From Eubacteriales bacterium (GTDB taxonomy: Bacteria > Bacillota > Clostridia > Oscillospirales > CAG-272), in contig JAZQYT010000012.1 in NCBI GenBank assembly GCA_045633665.1, forward strand, positions 1 to 38,686: a stretch of 38,686 nucleotides of DNA, written 5' to 3'. A program made the position numbers and the translations under genes. Positions 23,523-32,319 of the stretch are shown in pieces (the first letter of the stretch is position 1; every line of letters begins with the position of its first letter). The notes below the pieces were generated by a model, which saw only the letters and a program-made list of their open reading frames with translations, was not told the DNA's origin and did no database searches.

Positions 23523-25089
23523 GCTGTGTTCCCCTCTCGTTATCCGTATGATAAGGCAGCGCCACCTTCATAGTGAAGCTGTTGCCGTTGACCTGGGACG
23601 CCATAGCACCGCCGTTGCGGCGGCAAAGGCCACGGATAATGCTCATACCGTAGCCATGTGTTGTACCGTCCCTTTTGGTGGTCAGATACCTGCCGTTCTC
23701 CTCGATGAAAAATCCGTCGCAGGAGTTGATGCAGGTGAAATATACCTTGTTTTCGTCGACTGTGATCTCAAGACGTACCCAGCGCTTATGCGCATCGGTC
23801 AATCTTTCACAAGCGTCAAACGCATTCTGCAGAACGTTGTTGAGCAACGAGCAGAGATCCGAATCCGAGATCTGCAGCTCGGGCAGCACAGCCAGATCCG
23901 TCTGCAGCGAGATCCGCTTGGCCTCTGCCTTTTTGGAAAAGCTCATGACGATGTAGTCGATCATCAGGTTATTGCTGTATTGCAGCGGTGCGATAGCCTG
24001 CCCTGCCGTCTGCAGCTCCTGCAGATATTCGCCAAGGCGCTCGTATTCGCCCTGACTGTACAGCATGTGGCATGCATTGATATGGTGCATGGTATCATGC
24101 TTGACGCGACGCACCTCGTCGATCCTTTCACGCACGGCCACCGCGTAGCCCTGCGCGGATTCCTTTTCGTAGTTGAGCACGCGGATAACGGTCTTGTTAT
24201 GCAGCGTTTCGGTGACAAATCGGATGCCCAGAATCAGGATCAGATTGACCAGCACCATGCGCTGCAGATAAAACTCACGCAGCGGATGCAGATTGAAGTT
24301 TTCTATAATCTCGGTAAGCACGCTGCGCTGCATGTAAAGTCCGCCGCCGTCGCTGATCAGGGCGATCAGCGTCATGGCCACCATTGCGACAAGCTCAATG
24401 ACCATAAACGGACAGAACCAACGGTAAAAGCCGTTTCCGCGCTCGGCTTCCTTGAAGCCGATGATCAGAACACCGATCAGCGCTCCCGCAAACAAAAGAT
24501 CCGACACCAGCTTGACGTAGGTAAATACCTGCGGGAAAAGTCCCGTGACAGAGAGCAGCGCAAAGATCGCACATACCGCGTATTCAATGACCAGCACGCT
24601 GCGCAAAAAGCCGCGATAGCGTTCGGTCTTTGTGTAAAGACACAGAAGCAGCGGGATGGTCGAGAGCTGATACAGCGTGTCCGCCATCACGTCCACCAGA
24701 TATTGCAGCGAGCCGCTGCCCGAATTGAACAGGTTCAGACCGTAGAGAATGTAAAAGCCCAAGCTCCACAGAATCAGCAGTATGTAGTAATCTGAAACGT
24801 CGTCCGTCCACATCTGGCTCAAAAATGCAAAGCAGCACAAGGCGAACATCAAAAGCAAAAAGGACATCAGCACATAGTCGTCCAGCACCACGTAGATCAA
24901 GCCGTCCGCATTCGCGGGATTGTTTATCAGCTCGGAGAAGGTATGCGAAGTAAAATAGGCATCGGCAAAGCGGCCGAACAGCACGCTCACAACAGCAAAA
25001 AGCAACACGAAAAGCACGGTCCACAAAAGTGCCGGGCGTTTATCTTCCCATGCGTTTTTAACCTTGCTTTGAATATCTGCCTTTTTCAC
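23497..25089 (-). CDS. Multi-pass membrane sensor histidine kinase, AgrC/HPK10-like GHKL type (~530 aa); no response regulator in this window
   Basis: About 7-8 TM helices. H-box RRVKHDTMHHINA. N-box LLNNVLQNAFDA. G-box GTTHGYGMSIIRGLCRRNGG. I use the GTG at 25087-25089 (GGAGG 7 nt upstream) as the start, not 25131. The 3' end overlaps pilB by 26 nt. Confidence 0.8.
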   Translation of the reverse strand: MKKADIQSKVKNAWEDKRPALLWTVLFVLLFAVVSVLFGRFADAYFTSHTFSELINNPANADGLIYVVLDDYVLMSFLLLMFALCCFAFLSQMWTDDVSDYYILLILWSLGFYILYGLNLFNSGSGSLQYLVDVMADTLYQLSTIPLLLCLYTKTERYRGFLRSVLVIEYAVCAIFALLSVTGLFPQVFTYVKLVSDLLFAGALIGVLIIGFKEAERGNGFYRWFCPFMVIELVAMVAMTLIALISDGGGLYMQRSVLTEIIENFNLHPLREFYLQRMVLVNLILILGIRFVTETLHNKTVIRVLNYEKESAQGYAVAVRERIDEVRRVKHDTMHHINACHMLYSQGEYERLGEYLQELQTAGQAIAPLQYSNNLMIDYIVMSFSKKAEAKRISLQTDLAVLPELQISDSDLCSLLNNVLQNAFDACERLTDAHKRWVRLEITVDENKVYFTCINSCDGFFIEENGRYLTTKRDGTTHGYGMSIIRGLCRRNGGAMASQVNGNSFTMKVALPYHTDNERGTQHDIQKENQ

Positions 25090-25160
25090 GGTCTGTCCTC
25101 CTTCCTGCAAATTTGTCCGAATCAATCGCACACAGTACCTGCATTATAATACTTCATCAT

Positions 25161-25189
25161 ATTTTAACACATAACCCTTTCCTTGTCAA
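25161..25189 (-). promoter_or_regulatory. SigA-type promoter of the kinase/pilus unit: TTGACA-17-TGtTAAAAT
   Basis: The plus strand reads tgtcaa at 25184-25189 and atttta at 25161-25166, with a 17-nt spacer and an extended -10 TG. A second TATAAT lies 12 nt further downstream (25143-25148). Confidence 0.7.
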
Positions 25190-25567
25190 GTTTTTCGCAT
25201 GAACAGACGCGTTTCAAGCACCAAAAGGCAGCTGAAAATCTCTTTACGGCATATAAGTTTCCACATTTTTCCACCGCGGTTCGATCAGCGCGAAAAAACG
25301 AGAAAAAAGCACCGCCTGCAAAAGGCAAAAAATGGGTGACTTACGGGTGCCGAAGGATGCGCGGATTTGTCGGACGCGCGCGCAATTTCGCATGTGAGCG
25401 CGCGGAAAATCGCGGGAAACCGCGTAAAAGCGTGAAGCGCATCGGTGCTTGCGGTTCTCTTTATCTTTGCGAAATATATCACTTTTTAGTTTCTTTTGTA
25501 ACTATTTGTTTATTTTTGTCAAAAGCGGAAAAGCTTGTTATTGCCGCCAAAGCAGCAATATTTTGCA

Positions 25568-25606
25568 CAAAAAACGAGGTGGACGGCCCATAGCCGTCCA
25601 CCTCGA
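25568..25606 (-). terminator. Rho-independent terminator of the V-ATPase operon
   Basis: CGAGGTGGACGGC-loop-GCCGTCCACCTCG forms a perfect 13-bp stem (25575-25605), followed on the minus strand by TTTTTTG. Confidence 0.88.
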
Positions 25607-25629
25607 ATATTGCGTATTTTGTTCCGATT

Positions 25630-26313
25630 TTATTCGTCCTCGTCCTCGTCCTCGTCCGCCTGCCCTGTCTCTCGCTGCGCCTTGATCATCATGTCCTTGA
25701 CCTTCATCAAGCGCGTGGTATTGCCACGGTCGTTTTCATCCAGCTTCATCTTGATCGACTTGATGGTTGCTAAATACTTGGGGATCATGATATACTCCAA
25801 GGCATTGACGCGGCGGCGCGTTTTTTCGATCTCCTGTGCCAACATCTGCACAGTCTTCTCACTCTCTGCAAGCGCCACGAGATCCTCCAAGATCCCGCTC
25901 ATCTGCGCCAAGGAGGCATCAAGCTCACCCGAGGTAAACGCAAAGCCGTAATTATAGCTGTCCTGTCCGTCCTTCCCCATCACCTCCAGGGTGAATTCGG
26001 GTACGGTCACACTCATGATGTTGCGGTAGCGCACGTCCAGCTTGCCCTGCTTTTTGGGCAGCATGAGCGATTCCTCCATCACCAGCGGTCCCGATACTGC
26101 GCCTGCGATCGAAAGGCTTCCGTACACGCCCGAAAGCGATGCCTCAACCTTCTCTCGAAGCTCCTTATTCTGCCGCACGGTTTCCAAGAACTGCTTCATC
26201 AGACCGTCACGCTTGTCCTTGAGCAGCTTGTGTCCTCTGCGGGCATTTGCGTAACGCGTCTGCATTTTTTTCAGTTCCATACGCGTCGGGTTGACGTTGT
26301 AGGTTTGTGCCAT
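25630..26313 (-). CDS. atpD: V/A-type ATPase subunit D (227 aa)
   Basis: MAQTYNVNPTRMELKKMQTRYANARRGHKLLKDKRD... is the canonical V-type D N-terminus. The C-terminal tail is acidic (DEDEDEDE). Confidence 0.92.
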   Translation of the reverse strand: MAQTYNVNPTRMELKKMQTRYANARRGHKLLKDKRDGLMKQFLETVRQNKELREKVEASLSGVYGSLSIAGAVSGPLVMEESLMLPKKQGKLDVRYRNIMSVTVPEFTLEVMGKDGQDSYNYGFAFTSGELDASLAQMSGILEDLVALAESEKTVQMLAQEIEKTRRRVNALEYIMIPKYLATIKSIKMKLDENDRGNTTRLMKVKDMMIKAQRETGQADEDEDEDE

Positions 26314-26367
26314 AATTGCCTCCGTGCCGCCCCTTATCGGGCGGCTTGCTTTGTTCTATCTTCTGTC

Positions 26368-27741
26368 TTACTTTTTCGGCCAGTACTTATCCACGTACTG
26401 GGGCTTGATACGCTTCATCTCGGACTTGGGCAGGATGCTCAGCAGCTCCCAACCAATATCCAGCGTTTGTTCAATGGTTCTGTCCTCATAGAAGCCCTGG
26501 TTGATAAACTTTTCCTCAAAGGCCTCCGAAAACTTGGCGTAAAGTCTGTCCATGGGCGTCAGCGCAGCCTCACCCAGTACCACCATCAATTCCTTTGCTT
26601 CCTTACCTCTTGCATAAGAGGAGAACAGCTGGTTGAGCACACCCGAGTGATCCTCGCGCGTCTTACCTTCGCCAATGCCCTTATCCTTCAGACGCGACAG
26701 CGAGGGCAGCACGTCCACCGGGGGCATATAGCCCTTGCGGTACATCTCACGCGACAGAATGATCTGTCCCTCGGTGATGTAGCCTGTCAGGTCGGGGATG
26801 GGGTGCGTCTTATCATCCTCGGGCATGGAAAGGATGGGAATCATGGTGATCGAGCCATCCGAGCCCATTTTTCTGCCCGCTCTTTCATACATGGTTGCAA
26901 GGTCGGTGTACAGATATCCGGGATATCCGCGTCTGCCGGGCACTTCCTTACGTGCTGCGGACACCTCGCGCAACGCCTCGGCGTAGTTGGTAATGTCGGT
27001 CATAATAACAAGCACGTGCATGTTGCACTCAAACGCCAGGTATTCTGCGGCGGTCAGCGCCATACGGGGCGTGGAGATTCTCTCAATGGCAGGGTCGCTT
27101 GCCAGGTTGATAAACAGCACGGTACGGTCGATCGCGCCAGTCTTCTTGAAGTCCGAGATAAAGTAGTCGGCCTCCTCAAAGGTAATACCGATCGCAGCAA
27201 ACACAACGGCAAACTTGGAATCGCTGCCGCGTACTTTTGCCTGACGCGCGATCTGCGCTGCCAGGTTCGCGTGAGGCAAGCCCGAGCCCGAGAAGATGGG
27301 CAGCTTTTGGCCTCTAACCAGCGTATTCAGGCCGTCAATGGTGGAAATACCGGTCTGAATAAACTCGGAAGGATAATAGCGTGCCGCGGGGTTGATGGGC
27401 GTACCGTTAATATCCAGCGACTTCTCGGGGATCAGCTTGGCACCGCCGTCGATCGGCTCACCCATACCGCTGAAAACGCGTCCGAGCATATTGGGGGATA
27501 CGGGCATCTGCACACCGTGGCCTGTAAAGCGCACCTTGGAGTGCGCAAGGTTGATGCCTGCGGAAGATTCAAACAGCTGCACCAGCACGTTTCTGCCGTT
27601 GACCTCCAGCACGCGGCAACGGCGCACGCTGCCGTCGGGCAGCTCGATCTCGCCAAGCTCGTCGTACTTGACGCCCTCAACCTGCTTGACCAGCATCAAG
27701 GGGCCGGCAACTTCTTCTATAGTTCTGTATTCTCTGATCAT
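26368..27741 (-). CDS. atpB: V/A-type ATPase subunit B (457 aa)
   Basis: [38 protein letters not shown]... The rest of the protein has typical non-catalytic B-subunit conservation. Confidence 0.95.
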   Translation of the reverse strand: MIREYRTIEEVAGPLMLVKQVEGVKYDELGEIELPDGSVRRCRVLEVNGRNVLVQLFESSAGINLAHSKVRFTGHGVQMPVSPNMLGRVFSGMGEPIDGGAKLIPEKSLDINGTPINPAARYYPSEFIQTGISTIDGLNTLVRGQKLPIFSGSGLPHANLAAQIARQAKVRGSDSKFAVVFAAIGITFEEADYFISDFKKTGAIDRTVLFINLASDPAIERISTPRMALTAAEYLAFECNMHVLVIMTDITNYAEALREVSAARKEVPGRRGYPGYLYTDLATMYERAGRKMGSDGSITMIPILSMPEDDKTHPIPDLTGYITEGQIILSREMYRKGYMPPVDVLPSLSRLKDKGIGEGKTREDHSGVLNQLFSSYARGKEAKELMVVLGEAALTPMDRLYAKFSEAFEEKFINQGFYEDRTIEQTLDIGWELLSILPKSEMKRIKPQYVDKYWPKK

Positions 27742-27762
27742 GATTGCAATCCTTTCTCAGCC

Positions 27763-29523
27763 TTACTCTCTTGTCAGAGCGTCCAGCTGATTGGAAATTT
27801 CTTGCTTGATTTTAGCGGATTCAGCCTTGTAATCCGCGTAAGGAACAGCCTTGAAACGGCCGATCTGCTCGCGCACGGGCAGCGTGGAGATCTCCTCGAT
27901 GTCCGCACCCTCGGCAACTGCCGCAGCAGCCTTTTGCTCAAAGTCAAACACCAAGGTCAGCATTTCGTACTGCTTGTCCAGCTGGGTATATCCGTCCACC
28001 TCGTCAAAGGCAAACTGCTGCAAGAAGTCCTCACGCACGCTGCGTGCGATCTCCAGCGTCAGTCTGTCCTCGCTTGAAAGCGCATCCATACCGACCAGCT
28101 GCACGATCTCGTTAAGCTCAGCCTCTTCTTGCAGGATCTTGAGGCACTTGCCCGTCATGTCCATCCAACGTGCGGACACGTTCTCAGAGAACCAATCGCT
28201 CAGGCGATCGCGGTACAAGGAGTAGGAATTGAGCCAGTTGATGGCCGGGAAATGACGCTTGTAGGCCAACGAGGAATCCAGTCCCCAGAAGACCTTGACG
28301 ATACGCAGCGTTGCCTGCGTCACGGGTTCGGAGATATCGCCGCCCTGCGGAGATACCGCACCGATGGCGGAAAGCGTACCGATTCTACCGTCCGAGCCAA
28401 GGCAAACTATCTTACCCGCTCTTTCGTAGAACTGTGCCAGACGGCTGGTCAGGTAAGCGGGATAGCCCTCCTCACCCGGCATTTCCTCAAGTCTGCCCGA
28501 CATCTCACGCAAAGCCTCTGCCCAACGGGAGGTCGAGTCTGCGATAACGGCTACGTTGTAGCCCATATCGCGGTAATATTCCGCAATGGTAATGCCCGTG
28601 TAGATCGAAGCCTCACGTGCCGCAACCGGCATATCCGAGGTATTTGCGATCAGTACGGTACGCTCCATGAGCGATTTTCCCGTTCTGGGGTCGGTCAGCT
28701 CGGGGAATTCACGCAATACGTCGGTCATTTCGTTACCGCGCTCACCGCAGCCGATATAGATCACGACGTCCACGTCACTCCACTTTGCCAGCTGATGCTG
28801 CACGACCGTTTTGCCTGCGCCGAACGGGCCGGGTACGCAAGCCGTGCCACCCTTTGCGATGGGGAAAAGCGCGTCGATCGAGCGCTGACCTGTGATCATG
28901 GGCTCCGCGGGAGGCAGCTTTTCGGCATAAGGTCTGGACACACGCACAGGCCACTTTTGCGCAAGGAAGATCTCCTCGATGGTGCCGTCGGGACGCTTGA
29001 TCTTACCGATACGGTCGGTCACGCGATAGTCCCCCTCCACCAAGTCCACAATGGTGCCGGTCATGCCGGGAGGTACCATGATCTTATGGGTAATGACCTC
29101 GGTTTCCTGTACGGTACCGTACACGTCACCCGGGCCGACCTTGTCGCCGAACACGTGTGCCGGCGTAAAGTGCCAGTACTTGCCGCGATCCAGCGCGGGC
29201 TCGTCAATACCCTTGGCAATGTTGGCACCATGGCGCTCTCTGATCGCCTCCAGAGGACGCTGAATGCCGTCGTAAATATTGGAAAGCAAGCCGGGGCCAA
29301 GCTCAACCGACAAGGGCGCACCCGTGGACACGACCTTATCACCGCGGCCAATTCCTGCAGTTTCTTCGTATACCTGAATGGACGCACGGTCACCGTGCAT
29401 CTCAATGATCTCGCCGATCAGACGGTCCTTTCCGACGCGGACAACGTCAAACATATTCGCTTCACGCATGCCCTCTGCCACAACAAGCGGGCCGGATACC
29501 TTGAGGATCTTTCCTTCTACCAT
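27763..29523 (-). CDS. atpA: V/A-type ATPase catalytic subunit A (586 aa)
   Basis: [19 protein letters not shown]... Walker [10 protein letters not shown]. There is no intein-sized insertion. Confidence 0.95.
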   Translation of the reverse strand: MVEGKILKVSGPLVVAEGMREANMFDVVRVGKDRLIGEIIEMHGDRASIQVYEETAGIGRGDKVVSTGAPLSVELGPGLLSNIYDGIQRPLEAIRERHGANIAKGIDEPALDRGKYWHFTPAHVFGDKVGPGDVYGTVQETEVITHKIMVPPGMTGTIVDLVEGDYRVTDRIGKIKRPDGTIEEIFLAQKWPVRVSRPYAEKLPPAEPMITGQRSIDALFPIAKGGTACVPGPFGAGKTVVQHQLAKWSDVDVVIYIGCGERGNEMTDVLREFPELTDPRTGKSLMERTVLIANTSDMPVAAREASIYTGITIAEYYRDMGYNVAVIADSTSRWAEALREMSGRLEEMPGEEGYPAYLTSRLAQFYERAGKIVCLGSDGRIGTLSAIGAVSPQGGDISEPVTQATLRIVKVFWGLDSSLAYKRHFPAINWLNSYSLYRDRLSDWFSENVSARWMDMTGKCLKILQEEAELNEIVQLVGMDALSSEDRLTLEIARSVREDFLQQFAFDEVDGYTQLDKQYEMLTLVFDFEQKAAAAVAEGADIEEISTLPVREQIGRFKAVPYADYKAESAKIKQEISNQLDALTRE

Positions 29524-29535
29524 ATCTGATACTCC

Positions 29536-29856
29536 TTATTCCTTAAACAATATGTCAGCGCCAACCGCTCTTTCCACGGCCTTTTTGACCTGCGAAAGGC
29601 CATATCCCGTGGTACCGTTTCGTCCGGGGATGCAAATGATCGCCGGAGTAGGCACGTCCTTATATTTTGCGATGTCCTCCTCGAGGGCGATCGCGAAGTT
29701 TTCCACGATAAATATGATGGCGTATTCACCATCCTTGGCAAGCGTGTGCAAAAGCGTTCTTGCGCTGTTTGCGTCCTCTGCCTCATGCACGGCAAAACCG
29801 AGTGCCATATAGCCGATCACGCTGTCACGCTCACCGATCATTCCGATCTTATACAT
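29536..29856 (-). CDS. atpF: V/A-type ATPase subunit F (106 aa)
   Basis: MYKIGMIGERDSVIGYMALGF... Size and operon position between C and A fit subunit F. It overlaps subunit C by 8 nt. Confidence 0.85.
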   Translation of the reverse strand: MYKIGMIGERDSVIGYMALGFAVHEAEDANSARTLLHTLAKDGEYAIIFIVENFAIALEEDIAKYKDVPTPAIICIPGRNGTTGYGLSQVKKAVERAVGADILFKE

Positions 29857-30859
29857 AGCTTGTCCTGATCCTTTCCCGAATAGTTTCCGGCTTCAGTCCC
29901 GCATTTTTGGCAGCAATGACGATACGGATATTCTTGATCGCATATTCCTGTGCGTAGAAGTACGCCGTGGGGACGGATGCACCGAAGGTGGTATACTTCA
30001 CCTTACGCACCTGCTCCATAAAGAAATCGTCCGCCAATCTCTCCGCACTTGCCGCTGTTTTGTCGCTTTCGCGCAAAGCTGTTGCCAACCGGTCGTATTC
30101 GGTACGGGTAAGCAGGCCGATCAATGCGTCCTCGCCCTCCCGATACGCCTGTGCAAGCTTTGCCGCATCCAGCATACCGCCTGCAAGCAATGCCTGATCC
30201 AACAAAATCTCGCCCTGCTCCCCTGCATTCATGCGCACAAGGCGCAGGCAGATCATCAGGTTGGTAAGGTCAATACGCGTGCGCACAAGGCAGACGTGAA
30301 CGTCCTCTCCGCCCTTTTTTGCGCAAGCGAGCATGTCCGCATAGCAGGCCTTGTCCAGAATCAGATCGATCGCGCGCGGATTTGCCGTTTTGGCATACGC
30401 CTCGACAGCCTGCGCAGCAGCCTGTGCCATGGCGGCAGGCAGGCGCGAAAAATCACCCGATTCGGGCATTTTTGCAACCTCTGCGACGCTCACAGAGCCA
30501 AGCGCGATCATCATAGGCGCAGCATCAAGTCCGCGCAAATGGCATTTGATGGCAGCTTTGATATTATGGCAATCATACGGATACCGCAAAAAATCGTACA
30601 GCTCGGGGGCAGGAACAGACTCCAGCACGTCTTGCAAAGCATTCGCTAAAATGCCCTGCAGCGTCGGCTCGGAAAGCACGCTTCCCCGCTCGTCCCGAAT
30701 CAGCGTAACGCCGTATTCCTCCAGACGCGCGTACAGCTCGTCCATGCTTGCAGCGTCCGCCAGATGCTCGATGCGCTCTCTGCCCACGATGCCGTTTTCA
30801 AGCGCGCGCACGCGAGAGGTCGCATACATATATGCGGTTTGTTGTGGATTTTTCGACAT
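29849..30859 (-). CDS. atpC: V/A-type ATPase subunit C (d-type, 336 aa)
   Basis: All-helical protein of about 330 aa at the position between E and F. N-terminus YMYATSRVRALENGIVGRERIEHL. Confidence 0.85.
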   Translation of the reverse strand: MSKNPQQTAYMYATSRVRALENGIVGRERIEHLADAASMDELYARLEEYGVTLIRDERGSVLSEPTLQGILANALQDVLESVPAPELYDFLRYPYDCHNIKAAIKCHLRGLDAAPMMIALGSVSVAEVAKMPESGDFSRLPAAMAQAAAQAVEAYAKTANPRAIDLILDKACYADMLACAKKGGEDVHVCLVRTRIDLTNLMICLRLVRMNAGEQGEILLDQALLAGGMLDAAKLAQAYREGEDALIGLLTRTEYDRLATALRESDKTAASAERLADDFFMEQVRKVKYTTFGASVPTAYFYAQEYAIKNIRIVIAAKNAGLKPETIRERIRTSYV

Positions 30860-30912
30860 AGGTCAAGTAACCTTTCCAAAAAAGAAGTGTGTAGGGCGGC
30901 AGCACCGCCAAC

Positions 30913-31593
30913 TCAGGATTTATTCTGATCCTTATAAAGGATCTGCTGTACGCGAGGCTCCAGCTCCGGACGGATGGCCGCCAGGATCATGGAAAACGCG
31001 CAGTTTATCTCAATATCACCGCAGCGCAGCACAAGGCCTCCGTCAATCGCTACGGGTTGCTTGGAAAGCTTCAGCTTTGCAGCCATATCCGCAGGGATCT
31101 TGCCTGCAGAGGCCGCGTTTCTGATGCCAAGCATCAGCATGGGAGCTACGTCCGCACCGTCACGCGCGTTGAGCATCAGCTCGTAATACGCGGGCGCGAT
31201 CTCCTCACCGTAAAGGCGCATGCTGTCGCGCTCGGATTCTCTTTGCGCGTTCAAGGTCTTGCACAAAAGCGAGAGCAAAAGGGCAGCGTATCTTTCGCGA
31301 TCCATGTCATAGATCTCCTGCATCGCGCGGTCAAACGCACGCTCGATCATTTCACTCTTGGCGGCAAGCTCGATATTTCTTCTGGTCATAGCAGCGCTCG
31401 ATTTTGCACGGATGACTAAGCTTTCGCCCTCTTTTTCGGCATCCGCGACCATACGGTTGCAGGCTGCCTGCACCTGGGCCAGATTCTTTGCTCTGACCTC
31501 AAGGCTCTTTTCCGTGGCTTCATCCAAAATCTCCTGTGCCTGTGCGCGGGCGTCCTCTATGATACGGGAAGTGATTTTTTCAAGTCCTGTCAT
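30913..31593 (-). CDS. atpE: V/A-type ATPase subunit E (226 aa)
   Basis: N-terminal long helix (GLEKITSRIIEDARAQAQEILDEATEKS...) and a globular C-terminus. It occupies the position after K. Confidence 0.8.
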   Translation of the reverse strand: MTGLEKITSRIIEDARAQAQEILDEATEKSLEVRAKNLAQVQAACNRMVADAEKEGESLVIRAKSSAAMTRRNIELAAKSEMIERAFDRAMQEIYDMDRERYAALLLSLLCKTLNAQRESERDSMRLYGEEIAPAYYELMLNARDGADVAPMLMLGIRNAASAGKIPADMAAKLKLSKQPVAIDGGLVLRCGDIEINCAFSMILAAIRPELEPRVQQILYKDQNKS

Positions 31594-31640
31594 GATTCTT
31601 CCTCAATTCTCAATCTGTATGCGCGGCCTGCGGCCACGGA

Positions 31641-32282
31641 TCAAGCCATCATCGGGCCTACCAGTACCAGCATGACCGAGATCAGCAGTGCGAAAATCGC
31701 GTAGGTTTCAACCAGTGCAGCGGAGGTGATTGCCTTACCAACCTGGTCAGGACGCTTTGCAAGCAGATTGACACCTGCTGCAGAAACTCTTGCCTGCTTA
31801 AGAGCAGAAACCAAGCCTACCACGGCAATGGGCAGTGCGCTCATCAGATAGTAAGCGCCCTCCTGGATGCTGAGCTGGATCAGATTGTTCATACCGCCCT
31901 CTTCAAACAAGCCTGCGTTGAATACGATCAGGAATGCAATAACCAGACCGTAAATACCCTGCGTCATGGGAAGTGCCATCAGCGCGAAAGCCTTACCGAA
32001 CATATTGGGGTTCTCGGAAAGCAGGCCTGCGGTTGCCTCTGCAACCATACCAACGCCCTTAGCAGAGCCAATGCCTGCAAGACCGACAGCCAGCGCTGCG
32101 CCAAGGATTGCCAGCGTACCGCCGCAGAAGATCTGGGAGAGCAGCTTGGGTGCCTGCTCGGTCTGCTCGATCATGCCGGGCTGACCGGGAGCTACAGGCT
32201 CTTCTGCTGCAAATGCACCGATGGAAAGGACGAGTGCCAGAACGGCGGTCATAACGATAGTCAAAAGAATTGTCTTTTTCAT
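31641..32282 (-). CDS. atpK: V/A-type ATPase proteolipid subunit K (213 aa) with an N-terminal signal-peptide-like extension
   Basis: The four-helix c-subunit core aligns with Enterococcus hirae NtpK from memory: GIGSAKGVGM, LPMTQGIYGLVIAFLIVF, SALKQARVSAAGVNLLAKRPD and ALVETYAIFALLISVMLVL. It is preceded by MKKTILLTIVMTAVLALVLSIGAFA/AEEP. AAGGAGA RBS upstream of the first ATG. Confidence 0.9.
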   Translation of the reverse strand: MKKTILLTIVMTAVLALVLSIGAFAAEEPVAPGQPGMIEQTEQAPKLLSQIFCGGTLAILGAALAVGLAGIGSAKGVGMVAEATAGLLSENPNMFGKAFALMALPMTQGIYGLVIAFLIVFNAGLFEEGGMNNLIQLSIQEGAYYLMSALPIAVVGLVSALKQARVSAAGVNLLAKRPDQVGKAITSAALVETYAIFALLISVMLVLVGPMMA

Positions 32283-32319
32283 GATATTTATTTCTCCTTA
32301 AAAATATTTGAATGATATT

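Noticed and set aside
25090-25160. A c-di-GMP or other riboswitch controlling the pilus operon, as known upstream of some clostridial pilin genes.
   Set aside because: The leader between the promoter and the kinase start is only about 65 nt. It shows no GEMM-like motifs that I can recognise.
25183-25593. A 136-aa plus-strand ORF and a 65-aa minus-strand ORF lie in the spacer upstream of the kinase promoter. I also checked a 49-codon minus-strand ORF as a possible AgrD-like peptide.
   Set aside because: None has a Shine-Dalgarno sequence. The composition is dominated by Arg, Ala, Lys and Phe derived from palindromic GC runs and A/T tracts. The 136-aa ORF also runs through the V-ATPase terminator.
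25630-25660. A (GTCCTC)n microsatellite-like run at the 3' end of atpD.
   Set aside because: It is simply the coding sequence of the C-terminal DEDEDEDE acidic tail. It has only three units and is in frame.
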